Of a DNA stretch of 64,000 bases, positions 24,401-39,259 are shown piece after piece. Both the position numbers and the translations under genes were made by a program. This stretch comes from Catajapyx aquilonaris (lineage: Eukaryota): positions 1 through 64,000 of the forward strand of contig KZ538482.1 in NCBI GenBank assembly GCA_000934665.2. Direction: 5' to 3'. The notes below the pieces were generated by a model. That model had not been told where the DNA came from. It worked only from the letters and a program-made list of their open reading frames with translations, and did not search any database. Position 1 is the first letter of the stretch. Every line of letters starts with the position of its first letter.

Positions 24401-27400
24401 CCCCTCCCTTTCTCCTAAAGTTAGTAGTCGGAAAAACAGTGAGTAAAAAAACCCTGGGTGATCACACTGGAACGAAAAGATCGATCCATATAAAGGGTGA
24501 TTCAGACCCCTTCTCATATTCGTGCTTTTTTGAATATAAGTTGATTCAGTAAGTGGACAGCGGTCAGCACGGATGGGTTGTTGTGGAGGGACGTTCTTGC
24601 ACACCTTGTTGCGCGCCATGGAGCCATGCTGGATGCTGGATTATTCGGATGTGTTCGTGGTCTGTCGGATTCTAGAGGACCTCTCTTTAGGTGGGTGGGC
24701 TACTATTTTTAGATTGGGGGGGGGGGGGGATTTTCCCCAAATTTTAAAGGATTAGCAGAACTTGTTCCTGAACTACTTTTGGGTATTGGACCGAGTGTGA
24801 CGTAATTGCCGCGTGTGTTGTGTAACATGGGATTTACCCAAAAATTGTTTATTTTGGAATGGAAATATGGATTTTCAGCTGTTAAGTGATTACGTAATTA
24901 TTGAGACGATGGGATTTCCTCAAATTAACAATTCAGTGTGGATTGTTAATTACATGCTGAATTTTAATTTCAAATGTGTATACGCGCTTACGTGCCACTT
25001 TGGTATTTTCCAAAAATGACCACATCAATAACTAGGCGTGGAATTAAATTCAATTGAAATTAAGTGGCTGCATTGTAGGCTTTGTTGTTACATAATCAGG
25101 TTCGCCCATGTTGAAATTTTCGGGGGGTTTTCCCCTGATAAGACCCACCGCATATTGTAGTTAATATGATAATTTAAATTAATGCAAACAATTATTAGCA
25201 ATATTAAAACCGTCATTGTCCAGTCAACTTGTAACTCTGATGGCACATCCGCCAATTAAATTTTTTTTTGCGAAATTTGACCGTTGGCGTCGACTGCGGC
25301 GGCGTCGCTGTGGTACTCCTGATAAGGCAACAGTCGCAGTCAGTTCAGGTACCATGGAGGTGCCATACTTGGGACTTGATGGTACTAGTACTATCGGGAA
25401 ATTTTGATCCAAAATTTCAAGAGGGGGAAACAGTTTTGCATTTTGCGTCGCATATATAGTCAAGGGGTTTGCCTCTGAGTCATCAGGATGCGACCATCTT
25501 TGCAGCTGCTAGTCATGGACGCGGTTTCGCCAAAGGTAAGCTGAAAAAAGGGTCTTTCGCCATTTTTGCCATTCTTGGTATTGTGGACGGTTACAGTTGT
25601 AATGCCCTCCTGTGTTTGGATTGGTATTCGAAGGATATAGAGTCAGGTGCTGAAGAGTTTCAGATAAGGTTTGAAGAATTGCGAAATCAGAAGCCATTTT
25701 GGATTGGCTGGGACTATTGCGCAGTTTGTGCCTAGGACATTTTTGTTAAGACCCTGCCTAGGACTAGTTTTCGAATAGGATTTGAGCGTATGGAGGTGAG
25801 TTGTGAACGTCTTGCGGTGGCGTATGAACCAATTGTTAATTACTTGTGAGAAACTGCGCATGATTTGTGTATATGCTGATATGTCTGGCTGGGTTGGGTT
25901 TGGGTATTAGACAATGCCCGGTATGCCATTAGACTAATATTCCGGTTGGCACATGTTTTATGTAGGCCTATATAACAAATATGACATGTTTGGGTGCCAG
26001 AAGATCGATATGTGACGAATGAACCACGTAATCCTTTGAGGAAATGTGAATATCTTACACGTATTGATGAAACGGTCCTTCCCCAACAAGAGTGAACGAC
26101 CACTAACGTAAACATGACGTAACGCAGGTAAAAAAAAAGTTACCTGAGTCACTTACATAGTCACGCATATAAGCGATCATAGACAAGCTCCTATCGTCAT
26201 AGTCTCATGGTCAATCATGCGTCATCTCTCTTATGACTAACTTCTGGAGACAGTAAGAGTTCAGGTATGCCAAATATGACTTGACTGATTTCATTCACGA
26301 AAAATTGTACCCGCAAGATTGGAGATATATATTTTGTCTGTTTGTCGTGTGATTCACTGGGAATTTCCACTTGGGGTGCAAGGGTGCAAAGAGTATGACT
26401 AAATAGTTGAAGGTTGGTCATTAGGGCACGTCATTAGCTCAGATGTGGCAGATGTGTCGGGGACTGAAGACCACATCACTCATCCAGGCCTGGTAAATGT
26501 GCACATAAATTCCTAGAATTGTGATTTTTGCTTTCTGGCTGGTGATTGATGTCTTAAAAATTAACTTTTTTTTTTGCCAGCAAATGTGCATACTGGTCGA
26601 CTAATTTAGTGACGTCACAGTGAGCAACAATTACTGTCCACAATGGACCTGACAAAGGCCTGTGACGTCAGTATTATCTGAATGATTTGTAGTATTGCAG
26701 AAAGATTATCAGATAGAGTAGATAATTTGGCTAATTGCATCAGGTACAATATGTAAAAATAATGAAACGGCTAAGTATTATATGTAAAAATGTCGTTTTT
26801 TTTCGTAGTCTGCAAGACGGTAAATAGGGCAATTTTAACAATGCGCGTGATATCTTTAAAAACTTAAAGCAGATGGAATATGAGGAAAAGCTGATTTCCT
26901 CTATATGGTCCTGAGCTATGGTGACTTTTCCTTTACCTTGGACGCGTTAAAAACAGAGCTAATTTTGTTTACAATGGACTGCATAACACGCACGCACGTT
27001 AGTATAGAGCTGTAGAACAATTGATGAGATTCCATTGTTAATGGAAAAAAAATGATGATCAGATTTTCTCCCAAGAAAATGTCGACACTTTCCATTGAGA
27101 CTATCGCACTGAATAGCAAGTTGTGTACGACTTTGCCAAACCATGCATTAGTAAACTTCCTCAACTGTGAGTTATAGTGAGAAATGTGGGCTTATCTTGA
27201 ATCAGGAAACAGCATTATTACCTCATGTTATTGAGCATAACAAGCACTTATTCACCCGATAATATCATTAATACATGTATGTGCCTCAGGCTGTATATAA
27301 TAAATAATGCTATCGATTTTAATGTTACGCCTGACAAGTCACGATTATTATATCATACTAGGAACACATTGTGCCGTCATTTGCATATACAGTATGATGT

Positions 27401-30400
27401 AAATTTCATGTAGACTTTTATGTTAATATTAAAATCGACTATAAACTTATGTAATTTAATAGCAGAAAAATAACATCCGAAGTTCCAAGTCATAGATTAC
27501 CTGTAGATTACAAGGCCCAATATAATAATGAAGTAATCGACCATGTAGGGCAATATTAATCATAACTTACCTTTTGCAGTAGGCCTACTTGTCATTAAGT
27601 TCAAGAGGCTCTTTATTGTGTAGTGTTCTTATTGATTTGATGACTCAGAGGCGGGGAAGAAATTAACCCCCCCCCCCCCAAGCAAAAACAAAGAGGTAAC
27701 CTATTCACCTCATTTGTATGTCCCAGTCTGCACCTCATGTAAAGGTAGTCATTTTTTTTATATAGGTTCCAATACGTTATTGTCCGTCCTTGTGTGCCTT
27801 TAGTTCTATTGTGTGGCATTGCGAAATTTGGCACAATAACTTGAGTTGGTTTTCCCACAGACAGTTTTTAAAGCATATTAGTCCAATTGGCGAATAAGGT
27901 CTAATGAAGGGTGAATCATATATTCGCATAATATGACGGATGTGAAATGTAGATTTTGGGAATGTACGATTTATTATAGCCCTCGTTAAACATGATTGTT
28001 CAACCTATACATCCTTTTATAGTCACATTCTATTTGTGTGGTACAATAGCAACTATAATTATCCTGAACAAAGCAGTCGTGATGCTTATGTACAGTACTA
28101 ACTGCAAACGCAATTATTCCCGCTGATTTTTCACCCATTCATTGTACGTACTATTAGGTAACAAACGGAAATCACGATGTAGCTTATTACTGCAGAATCA
28201 AAGTGACGCAGCATTACGTGATTCTGATATACTCCTATTGGATGAGGTCGTCATCCCATATCTTACTTCCTTCCTGCTTACCACAAATTGCTTTGCATAT
28301 TGTGACGCATCCTGAAGTACGTATAGGTGAGGTGTGAACTCAACTGTTTCTCCCATACACACCTTCTGCATACACAATAATGCCTGAATTCCTTCCACGT
28401 GCAAATATCTCCCACGTTGTCAGACAACAATAAGCCAGCAGGTTGTATTGCACAAGCAGGAAATGCAAATGATTTTAAAGTGACTATATATGACAAAATA
28501 TGAAGTCATACTGATTGTTGCATACACGTGCACTGTAAGACTGTTTCATGACAGATTAAGGCTGACTAATAGAATAACGTATATACACAGCAGCCCGCCA
28601 GATGGTACTACATGTTATGAGATGGCTACATGCTGCCTTCTGCCGTGAAGGTAATCAACTTGTGCAGATCTGCGAATGAGTCTGGTAAATAATGAACCGG
28701 TGCAATTAATTACTTTTGCATTATAGCGAAAAAGATGTTGCCAGTTTTTTTGTTCGGTTAAAGTTTTTTTTTTTTTTTTTTTTTTTTTGGCTCGAGGTGA
28801 AACGAAGGGCAATTTTTGTATCATTGGTGTTAAATTATTCATGCGGTCATATTATAGAGTCAAATTAATTTGCATATTCCACTCACGTATAGTATGTAAT
28901 ATTCCATTGCAGTTTAGATAACGTACCTGCACTTCAAAATGGATTACTATTAATCTATGCTTTTATTGCATAACAATTATTGATACGTACATTGCTCTAA
29001 TAGACGTAAGCATATACGACACAAGTGCATATCATGCGAATAATGCTGCCAGTAGCTATATTTAATTACCATGATGCACAACAATGGAAGTTATTTTTGA
29101 TACATCGTCTCCGGCTGCACGAAGTCAGTGTCCTGCTGAGCTAATACTGGCCCTTCTCAAGGACAAAATACGGTTGCTCTGAACAGTATTTAGAAGATTA
29201 ATCATCATCAAGGCCAATTAAATACCAATTTGATGAGAATATACCCAGCAAAATGCTATTATGGTGAGAGCCAAATGACTCATGGCAACAGGTTAGTATG
29301 ATTTTGAAAGTATTGGGATATAGTGTATAAACATTGTACTTTTCAAGGTCGAATAGTTGCTGCTAAAACCTGTCGCACTATGCTTAATTATTTGAGGAGA
29401 CACTGGAGAAGGTTGTACAACTGCATTTATCCAGTTATGAGTTATGAGTTATGAGGCCAGTTGTGAGGGTGGACTTGGATTATATGCAGATTAGAGTGTA
29501 GATAAAGCATATCGCTGTATGATAATAGTGCGTGCAAGTTTATATGGTGGGTTGAAATATACGTTTCTGTTAGAAATTTTCCCCCTATTATTTTTAAGCA
29601 GTTTGGAGTGTAGTGGCTAATACTTTCGGTAGAAATTAAAAGTTGATTATATTTTAGGCAGTTAATTTTGAAATGATACTTCAATGCAGCCTAAAATATA
29701 ATCAGCTTTTTGTCAATAAAATTGGCATTTCAGTTGGAACACCCTGTGTAAGAAAATGTGCTATTCAAAGTTGTTTTTTTAACATAATTATGGAAATTAA
29801 CACTTTCTAGTTTCTACACACTGCTGGGATTCCCCTGCAATATTTCGCATCAGAAAAACATTTTTTGATGAGCAAAATGTTACTATACTTAAAATAGTAC
29901 ATTGGAGTACACTTTTTAATGACTGCAAAAGAAATACAAAACTACCCTTGCGTGGCAGCCTTCTTTTCATTGGCTTTTAAAAAAATAATAATAATTTGAG
30001 AAGCCACCATTGATGTTGCCACACAGCATAATTGTACAGTTATTTCGAAACATAAATTGCGTGCCAAATTAAGGGGTGTCACCGGTTTACTCTGCGCTGT
30101 TTATTTTCACATGGGAAAATTCCAAATCAAAAACAAAGTGAATGAGACCATCATAATTTACGCAAAGTATAGTCCTGACATTGTCCAGAAATTATTGTGG
30201 CGCGTAGATTCTTTTGTGGTGAGCCAATTAACCAAGTAACAATAATAATTGTTGAATACGTCCGTGTAATTCCACATATTTCAACGGTCTAATAAAGTCA
30301 ACAACTTATTACTGAATGGATCTTTATGTTAATTTTTGGCTGTAGTTTCTACTAATTACAGGGCTCATTAGGCTGGTTTTCTGATTCACGCTATTGTACT

Positions 30401-30408
30401 TTTTATTA

Positions 30409-30476
30409 CAGTTGAATCCGGATATAACAGACCGATTTCCGCGGTCCCTTGAATCTGTTATATCCGGATTCAACTG
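30409..30476. mobile_element. 68-bp pogo/Tigger-like mini-MITE (hairpin)
   Basis: Perfect 23-bp TIR CAGTTGAATCCGGATATAACAGA, preceded by TA, with a 22-bp spacer. Confidence 0.75.
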
Positions 30477-33138
30477 CATATTAATATTAGTGTTTGTTAC
30501 ATTGTTATTGACACTTGCTTAACAATGACAGATGTGTGTACTCTAGTGCATGTGAATATAAAATCTAACAGTGACAAGAAAGATGTTTACAGAAATTGTC
30601 AGTGGTGTGGTAATTAAATGTGACAGTCACATAAAAGGTGTCGGATTTTTATATCAGTATAATAAATTTATTAGCTTAAATATAACATCACATTTTAATG
30701 GTTCTTTTACGTAATCACCTCGGGGGCCTTAGCTTGTAAAACGTTTAATAAAGGTTGCCGTTAACTATATGACTGCTAACCTACAAGTACAGTACCTCTT
30801 ATTATAACTGTACGTGGGGTGTGAAATCGGTCATTACTTTAAAGAAACGCCACATTATTGCAGCAATATAACTAAAAAAAACTTCGTTATATAAGATGAC
30901 GGCTTTAGCAACCACCTGTTGCCTCTGATGTCACTTGATTATTACTCCTGACCATATACGCAATATTAATTCTCAGCTGCAGTGACACTGACACACAATG
31001 CAAAAGGTTCCATCTCGAACGCAATTCACATGCATGCATGTTACGTGATTGATTCCAATCTGCAGGCCACATACACACGCATCTCAAATCTGTGATAGTC
31101 TCACATATGTTGGAGGGAAAAGTCCCTGTTTGATCGCAAAGTATTCCCCGGTTCTCAGGTTATTGCAATAGATATACCAGAAGTCCTTGAGTCTATATTC
31201 ACGAGGGTAAATTTCCCCTCTTTTGGTTATGAAACGATCTTTTTAACTCACATTTTTTCGCAAGATAGGTAAATAAGAAAAAAAAATCTTTTCGAATCTC
31301 AAAGATAAAGAGCGAAAATGTGGTATGCCACATTTTGCTGATTACTTTATCAGGGGAATGGTCGTCATATAGTTCCGGTTTATTTGGACCCCCTCAGGGA
31401 AATGAATCAGTCAAAGTGTGGGATACACGTGGGAAAAAAGGATGTCGACAATTAGCGAGAAGTGAGGTGACCGAATGTGTACTTCCCAATGAGAGTACCT
31501 TATATGGACTTAACAACGTGTGATTAAAGCACATCAATAAAATCATTTGAAAATAGGTGTCGTACTACATATCCCGAACAATAAGTAAAATCTTCACATT
31601 CGTACAAATGGACGACCCCTTGTGATTAGTCATTAATGTATACATAATGAGAGCACACACTGGCTGTGTACTTGAAGTGAAGGTGAAGTGACATTGACAT
31701 TTTTTTTGCCCTATTGGTATTCTATACGGAGCCGGGATTCCCCACTTCAGATTACTGCCATTGAACTCGAGAATTCGTACCTGATAGACACGTGATACCT
31801 GAAAGATACTAGGTGACCTGATCGTGATGGACCATATTTAGCATGATAATTATTCCTAGGTGCGCAGTTAATGGGAAGACCTTACAAAAGGTAGCCTTGA
31901 AGATGTCGTCGATTTAATAGGAACTTGTGGTCCACCTTTTTTTTAAAAAAAAGGCGGAGACAATTTGTAATTTAAACATGTCAGGCGTGATGCAGCGTGA
32001 CAGGTTTGCATGAGCGCGTGTCACACGACGTAATTTATGTTAGAATGAAAAATATCTATATCATGCTATGACTAATATGGTTCCACCGTTTTAGCTAATA
32101 GCCGTTCAATAATAGGCTTGCGTCAGATTGCAACAGAGGCCAGGTATTGATCAGGCCAAATACAGTACAACTGTGTCTCTCAAAATATACTGTCGGGAGT
32201 GGGTCAAGTTTACGCTTTGTCTCGAATTTTTCTGTCGATTTTTTTTTTTAAAAAGCAGCTACTGATCGTGCAATATTGATCAATCATAAAACATAACCAA
32301 TGCAATCAGGCATGACTTGCAAATCACTGCAGTATTGATATGTACTAGCCTACATAAATCGGTATATTAAATTATTATTTTTTGCTCCTGTTATTTAACT
32401 GCTATTAATATCACCTGCGACAGGACATACCAGGTGCCGAATTTATCACTTCATTGTTCTTTTTTGATGCGACGAGCGGAACTTTCAGCCGAATCTCGAG
32501 GTGAACCCCCTCGACAATCAGTTCCTGTTTATTTGTTGACGTGCATACTGATCCCCCGCAAGTTGTATACAGCCCACGTAAATTCCGCCACTTTTTGGGG
32601 GGGAAAAACACATTCCGAGAAAACCCACCCGGAATTGTTCAACCCAGCAACCTGTTGAATCTGTCACAAAACAGATTCGAACATCCCGCCACTTAAAATT
32701 AGATCACAATTTTATTTAATTTAATTAACATCCATATTAATTTCTCCCAGTGTTTATCACCACCCGGAAGCCATCTGGGTACTGATCTTCCCCTAACCTT
32801 CTTCCACAAAACTCCCCGCGCATCCCATATGTGAAAGCCCCTCAGGCAACCCCCCTTTTCCCCCACCCCCCCTGCACCTGCTCTCCTCCCCCCCCTCCCG
32901 AATANCTGCTCTCCTCCCCCCCTCCCGAATAGAACACAGCGGACGGACGTATAACATTTGGGTTTTTCCCCTTTGAGGCTTTCGCAAGCGGTGCCGCGGC
33001 CCAAGGAAAAGGCGGGGAAGATTCCTAGCTGGCTTTACCGGCCTACCTTCCACTTGTTAGTTAGCCAGCAGCGGTGATAGTGGTGCGGGGTTGGAACGGT
33101 GCATTAGTGTTTGTCTGTTCTTTAAAAGTGCCACAAGG

Positions 33139-36100
33139 ATGTGGATGCAACAGGACGGGGAGGTCGAGAGGGTCACTACGGACTCGGCTGCTGAGGTAGC
33201 ACCGCACCATCGGGTACATCATGCAGCAGGTACATTCTAACGGACACGGGGGGGTCCTAACGGGGGATTTTAGGATGGGGGGTCAATGAACTCGGTACCC
33301 ATCAGGTGCCAACTGGTGCCAACAGTAGTGACAACAATGCAGTATTGTTGCCAACAGTATGAGGTGCCACTAGTGCCAACAGTATTGTTGCCAACAGTGC
33401 AGTATTGTTGCCAACAGTTTGAGGTGCCACGAGGTGCCGACCGTTGTACTCACTGCGGAATGTCAGTTGAATTGTTGTGCTTGATAATGGTGAATGTGGC
33501 CCATTGCGAGGATGTGAAAGCGGGGAATAACCTACTTTTTATATAATGGCGGTTTTTTGGTATTCAAAGATGTGGTCCGTCTGTCACGGTGGGATGGCCT
33601 GACGAAACTGGTTGTGCTAATTGACATTTTGGTGGTGAGAGAAAATGATGTGGTTGGTGACATTTGTGTTGTGTTTGGTGCAGGGATGATGGCCGTTGCG
33701 GTTGTGTATGTGCATTTTTCTATTCCGGGATGGACGTGTACGGACCAATTATCTGACCTCGTGTGTGAGTGAGAATGCGTGCAAAGTCTTTAAGCATTGT
33801 AATAAGAAACGCATGGATATACCCTTAAAAGACAATGAGTGGCACTTGACCTCAAAAGTTTTGATGCCATTACAGTGTGAATATTTCTCTTGTGTTGTGC
33901 ACTTTTTTGAATGACAACAATCAAGTGCTGAATGTATTTTTAGTATCACATTTGAGCAAAGTCCTTGAATTCTTGCGGTGGTGATGCCACTTTGACTAGT
34001 ACAAAGTTGCTCGGGGTATAGCCCCCTGAGGAACAAATGGCTGTCCGGTGACTAGTGCTTCTCAAAATACTGCGCTGCATCGGTATGTGTTGTAGTCTGT
34101 ATTACGAAGCAAATACTGCATCTCAAATTAGCCTGCTGTTTAATAATTGCTTTAAAATATCAGAATTGATTAAATTATAGTGTCAATTGTAATTAGTAAC
34201 TTTGCATTGCTGCCTATTTAATTTAGAGGATATTGATGACGCAGTAAATGTGAGTGGGGCAGCAAAAGTGTGTGGTGAATGAGACGACAACAGTGATTCA
34301 TGTAGCATGAAAGGGGGGGAAACGGTTTAAAAGTGGATAAGCTGATACAGTCACATTTCGTTTTGAGCTTTCAGAGTAGCAAATTATGCCTATTTATAAA
34401 TTTTGGTCTGCCCTGATAGTACTGTTCAGTACTGTTATGTAAAAGACTGCACTGTTATTGATTTCTGGTGTGGAGGTTGTTGGAAGTGGGCTAGTGGGAA
34501 GGACACGGGACATATAAAATGGGACGCACGAATAGTTGAGTGTTAATGTATAATTTTGTGTGAGGCCTTGTGAGTCAATAATTTCATGGAAGTGTCCTAT
34601 TTGTGTCTATCGCAAGTGAGATAGCTTAACTAAATGCAATTTCCTGTTTTTCTTCCTGCAGCTCCCAGAATGGGTGGTGATGGCGAAACAGGAGTGCCCC
34701 ACAAATGCACTGACTCCTCCTTGTCGTCTTCGAGTTGCATGCGCACAGATTCAGGCTTCCTGTCTGGGGCCAACCTGCTTCTCTCCTCCGAGGGCTGCTC
34801 TGAATCCGAGCTGAAGAGCAGCGGCCCCTCATCCCCGACCTCCACCACACCGGGTTACTCCCTCAGTCACCACCACCTTCAGGGACAGAAGGGAAAGAAG
34901 GAAGACATCCTGATGAGACTGGACAGTGGGGTTGATGTTGGAGGCATCCTCAGCCTTGGTTCTCTCTCCCTCAATGACCTCAACTGCCCTTCCTCAAGCT
35001 CCTCCATCAGGGGGACCAGCCACACTCCAACCCACACAGCGACATCCTCCTTACACCAACTAAATTGCTCCTCGGAAGGGTACGCATCACCAGGAAATAC
35101 GGTGCCTACCTCCCCTACCACCCCTATCCTCACATCGCCGCTACAAACACTTCCAACCTCCACAACGCTGTCAGGATCCACAGCCAACGTACTTAAAACA
35201 TCATCAACGCAGCTGTCATGGGAGAACTTCTTCATGCCAGACGATGAAGGAGACACGTAAGTGCATCTCTTGATCTTCCGTCCACATTGCAATCCACCCA
35301 AACGATGGGAATTTTCCAAGGAAAGAATGCGATTGTAAAAGGCATTACCGTAAGAGGTGATGCATGAAGTCTTCATCAAATGGTACATGTTTTGCATGGT
35401 CGTAGTTTTGTGGCCATACTGTCTGAGTTCTTGCTCATAAAAAGCAAACTACCAGCATCTCATAATCAAAGTTATATTGACGACGACAACGTGAGAGCCC
35501 GGTTTGAGTGACATTCAAATTGAGAGTGCCTGCACTCCGGAAACATGCAACCTCAGAAAAGAAAAGCACCGCAGCATTTAGTTGCATAATACGCATCGCA
35601 TGTTTATCCTTCCTCATTTTTTTTGTTCGAAGACAACCGGGGAAGTACAGTACATCCGAGAATGGCAAAGCTAAAAAGTGTGAGGTTCATCGGGTCAAAA
35701 TTAATCACAACCGCAAGAACAAGTGAAGCAGCAAATTGCAGACTGAATCCACTAGTGGAAATGGCAGGGAAATTATGAGATTCCACCACCATCCAGGATG
35801 TGGATGACGCCTTTTCAAAGCAACCCTAACCCTGGGGGCCCTGGGATTCCCACTAAACTATTGCACACCAATGAGTGATAACTGGTTCAGACATATGCTA
35901 CTGCACTGAATCGCAGTAAAACTTAACCGCGATAGATTATACAGTACTATGTGCTAAAGAATACCATTTTTTTTAAAAAAAAAGCAGTTATCAATGAATC
36001 AGAATTAACTATGTGTATGACGTCAAGAGGGCGTAAAAAATTGTGGTCACGGAAACACCTGCCGGCACTACATTTTTTTTTACATAGTCAGACGCTCGTC

Positions 36101-39100
36101 TACATTTCCCAGATGCTTCAATTCTCATCTATCTCAAGGTCATTCTCACGCCAGGTTGTTTCTAAGAAAAGGGCGCGATTTTCGTAGTAAGTGAGTCAAA
36201 ACATTATTAAAATCGATGAGTCAAAAACGACCTCCGGAAAAAAATGTGCGTGACACACTTTTTTAATGTATGAATCGCGTGAATTGGTAAGTGACAAACT
36301 GATGTGCGACTAAAACAGTTGGCTAAAAACAGACTTGGTGGGCTGGACGAATAAGGAGGCAAAAAGGAGCTGATTTAAATATAGATGGGGATTTCCCCAA
36401 GCCTTTTTCTAGTGCAGCATCCCATTTTTGGCTCGGGTTGTCTGGCATCCGGAAAAAAAAAAAGTGGGCAAGCAAAACATTTGGGGAGCTTATTTTAGAT
36501 GCACAACAAATTTTTTTTTCTGGGCCTCCCACTCATCCAGGTCCATTGAGGATGAGCTCATGACAGCGCAATGCACACCACTTGACATTCGGCTAATGGT
36601 TCAAGGAACCTGCGAAGCATGTGCCAACCGTTGCGGTAATATCTGGCTATACTTATCCATATGTTTTTTGTTTTTTACAGGTACCTGCACATTGCTATTA
36701 TGCAAGGTTTCATCGAAGTGGTGTACAGCTTAGTGAGTATGGCGCCGGACCCAACGCTTTTGGACATCACCAATGACCTGTGCCAGAGTCCCCTTCACCT
36801 GGCGGTCCTGACTGGTCAGCCAAGGATTGCCCGTCGGTTGGTGGTGGCCGGAGCCAGGTTGGACGTGCGCGACCAGCAAGGAAACACGCCGTTACATTTG
36901 GCCTCCATGCTGGGTCACCTGGACTGCCTACATGCCCTCACACTTGCGGTGGCACTTCCAGAACTCCAGTTTGCAAATCTGAGATACCTTTGTTTACCCA
37001 CGAGGCTGCCCACTGGACTGGATGACCGGAATTTTGATGGTCAGTCACATTCTGATGTTTTGTGCTCTACATTTTGCATTGCGAGAAGTACCTGTTGCGC
37101 ATCCCAAATTCTAATGCATGCATTTTGTGTGAAATTGACTTGTGAAAGTTAGTACGTAGTTGTAGGATTGACAGTCCCATTGTAAGTGAAAGCTACTGCC
37201 ATAATTTGACATCAATTAGACCAATTAGATAGGAAAATCCAACATCAAATTACTGTTGCGTTTCCAAGGTCTCAATTTAGACCAATCTATTCCTGCCGGG
37301 ATAGGAAGCACAATGAAATCTTGCCGAAGCTACGGCGACATTAATGCATATAATCATACAATGCAGATACTACAGCGACAAAAATACATAAAACCTGTTG
37401 AGTGAACGCGCACACATTTTTCCTACGGCTTGCTTTTTTTTTATATGTAAAAGTCACCATCAAGCGTAGCGTAGAACAGTTGTCATTGATATTTACACGC
37501 ACTAGGAGGTTAGACCTTGACGCTCCTCAGGCATTTGTGTGCGTAATTATAGAGATAGATAGCTATTACCTAGTCTGGAATTTCCCGTTCGCCACGTTGC
37601 CACTCTATGCATGAAAGGCCAGATCTCTATACAATAATATTGCTGGGTATTCAGTGCATGAAGGGGGTCACACCACGGTTATGTCCTCCTTTATTTGGGG
37701 GGGGGGGGNGGCTTAGGGAGGGAAAACCCCTGCAGGAAAAGGTCACGGGAAGCACCCTTGGAGGTCCCCAGATTATTTCCGATGGACACACGTGAAGGAA
37801 GCCGTACCCTAGAGGGAAATCCCCCGGGTCGACGCCCTTCCTCCCGACAACTTTCTTTTTCGTCATAATCCGTACCCGATTTCGACGAAATATTTTTGTG
37901 ACGCACTGTGACGTAAGTGCATATCAGTATGGTACTTGAAAAAAAAGAAGAAATGGGAGCAAGGATTTTTATTGCGGTGGAAATCGATAGGGGGATTCCC
38001 GTTTGGCCATATGGGAGATCCATGGGGGGAATTCCCTGGATTTTTAGTACAGGGTGTAGTGAACTCAAGGACAAAGGTTTGGCCATCAGAAAACCTGTTC
38101 TTTGGTTCGGGGGCATTGTTTGGGAAGGGGGGGGGAAAGAGGCTTTTTCCTGGAGATCAAAAATAAAGGGGGTAGCAGTCCATGGAATGTATTTTTGGGG
38201 GGCGGGCGAAAAGAGCAAGAGCCCTGGCCCATGCCCAAATCTCCAAAGGGAGACATCGCACCAACCTGGCTAAAATTAGCGGGTTTGAGTCAGAGGCAAA
38301 AGGCGTACATTCCTTTGGTTTTCTCAGACCTGTTGGGTATGGGGACGCCCCATTAGAGAGACATTTACACCGAAATGCATTCGGGAAATTAGAATATGTT
38401 GCAACAGGTGTACGGCGGGTTTTATGGTTATGAAATCGGGGTTGTCACTAATGATTGATTTTTTTTTGTAATGCGCAGGTCAGATGTGTGTACATTTGGC
38501 AGCTGCGAGGGGTCACGAGGAAATTCTTCGCAGATTAAGCTGGCTGCAGGCTGACATCAATGCAAAGGTCAGTGAGTTTGTTGTTATAAACATGTGGGAA
38601 GCTAGATTGTTATCAGATTGATAAAGTAGCATTTTCCTAGAAAAAACATTTACCACTGTGAACCACCAGGTTTATGGTGAATCAGTTTGCTATTAGCCAA
38701 TAAATTTTCTCGGAGTGTGTGAATTTTAATTTTGGAATGATTTCTTTTTGCAGGAAGGAAAGAGCGGGCGGACGCCACTGCACTTGGCAGCGGAACGAGG
38801 CAACTTCAGCGTAGGGAAGGTCCTTTTGGAGTGTGGGGCTGAGTGCAATGCGCAGACATATGCCGGATACACCCCATACCAATTGGCCTGCTGTACTAAC
38901 ATGGATCTGGCACGTTTACTGGCCCTGTCAGGAGCAATCCAGCTGCCGCTACCAGAATCAGACCTCGAATTCGACTCGGATGACTCCTCAGAAGAAGTAT
39001 GTGTAATGCACTGTTGTGATAGTCATAATCAAAAAGTAGCCCCATATATCACATAGCAACAATGTTCATGTTTTATTGCTCTTTGCTACTTGATACACGC

Positions 39101-39259
39101 TGGCTTGTCGCTTATGGCTGCACATAATCTTATGAACAGCACCAAAAATAACATTTTATAAATAATTACTAATAAACAATTTCATTTCAGATGCCGCAGG
39201 AGTTTGCGTTATTAAAGAATGTGCAAATGGGTGTGAAGGCCATCAACATCGCTGCCTGA
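33139..39259 (+). CDS. cact: NF-kappa-B inhibitor Cactus (IkB family)
   Basis: Exons 33139-33229 (MWMQQD..., inferred from phase), 34662-35256, 36681-37039, 38479-38567, 38754-38996, 39191-39259. Signal-response motifs DSGFLS and DSGVDV, ankyrin repeats (GDTYLHIAI, QSPLHLAV, GNTPLHLAS, GRTPLHLAA, GYTPYQLA), acidic PEST tail ESDLEFDSDDSSEE. Confidence 0.93.
33304..33440. repeat. Degenerate minisatellite in cactus intron 1
   Basis: Recurring GAGGTGCCAC, GTGCCAACAGT and CAGTATTGTTGCCAACAGT units. Confidence 0.8.

Noticed and set aside
25216..25735. Short ORFs in the UBXN1-cactus interval
   Set aside because: No homology cues or consistent exon chain.
33304..33440. CRISPR-like or coding repeat (ORF 33286-33546)
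   Set aside because: Eukaryotic intron; the units are degenerate tandem repeats without unique spacers.
37691..38433. Overlapping ORFs in cactus intron 3
   Set aside because: Explained by G/C-run composition; no recognisable protein or splice support.
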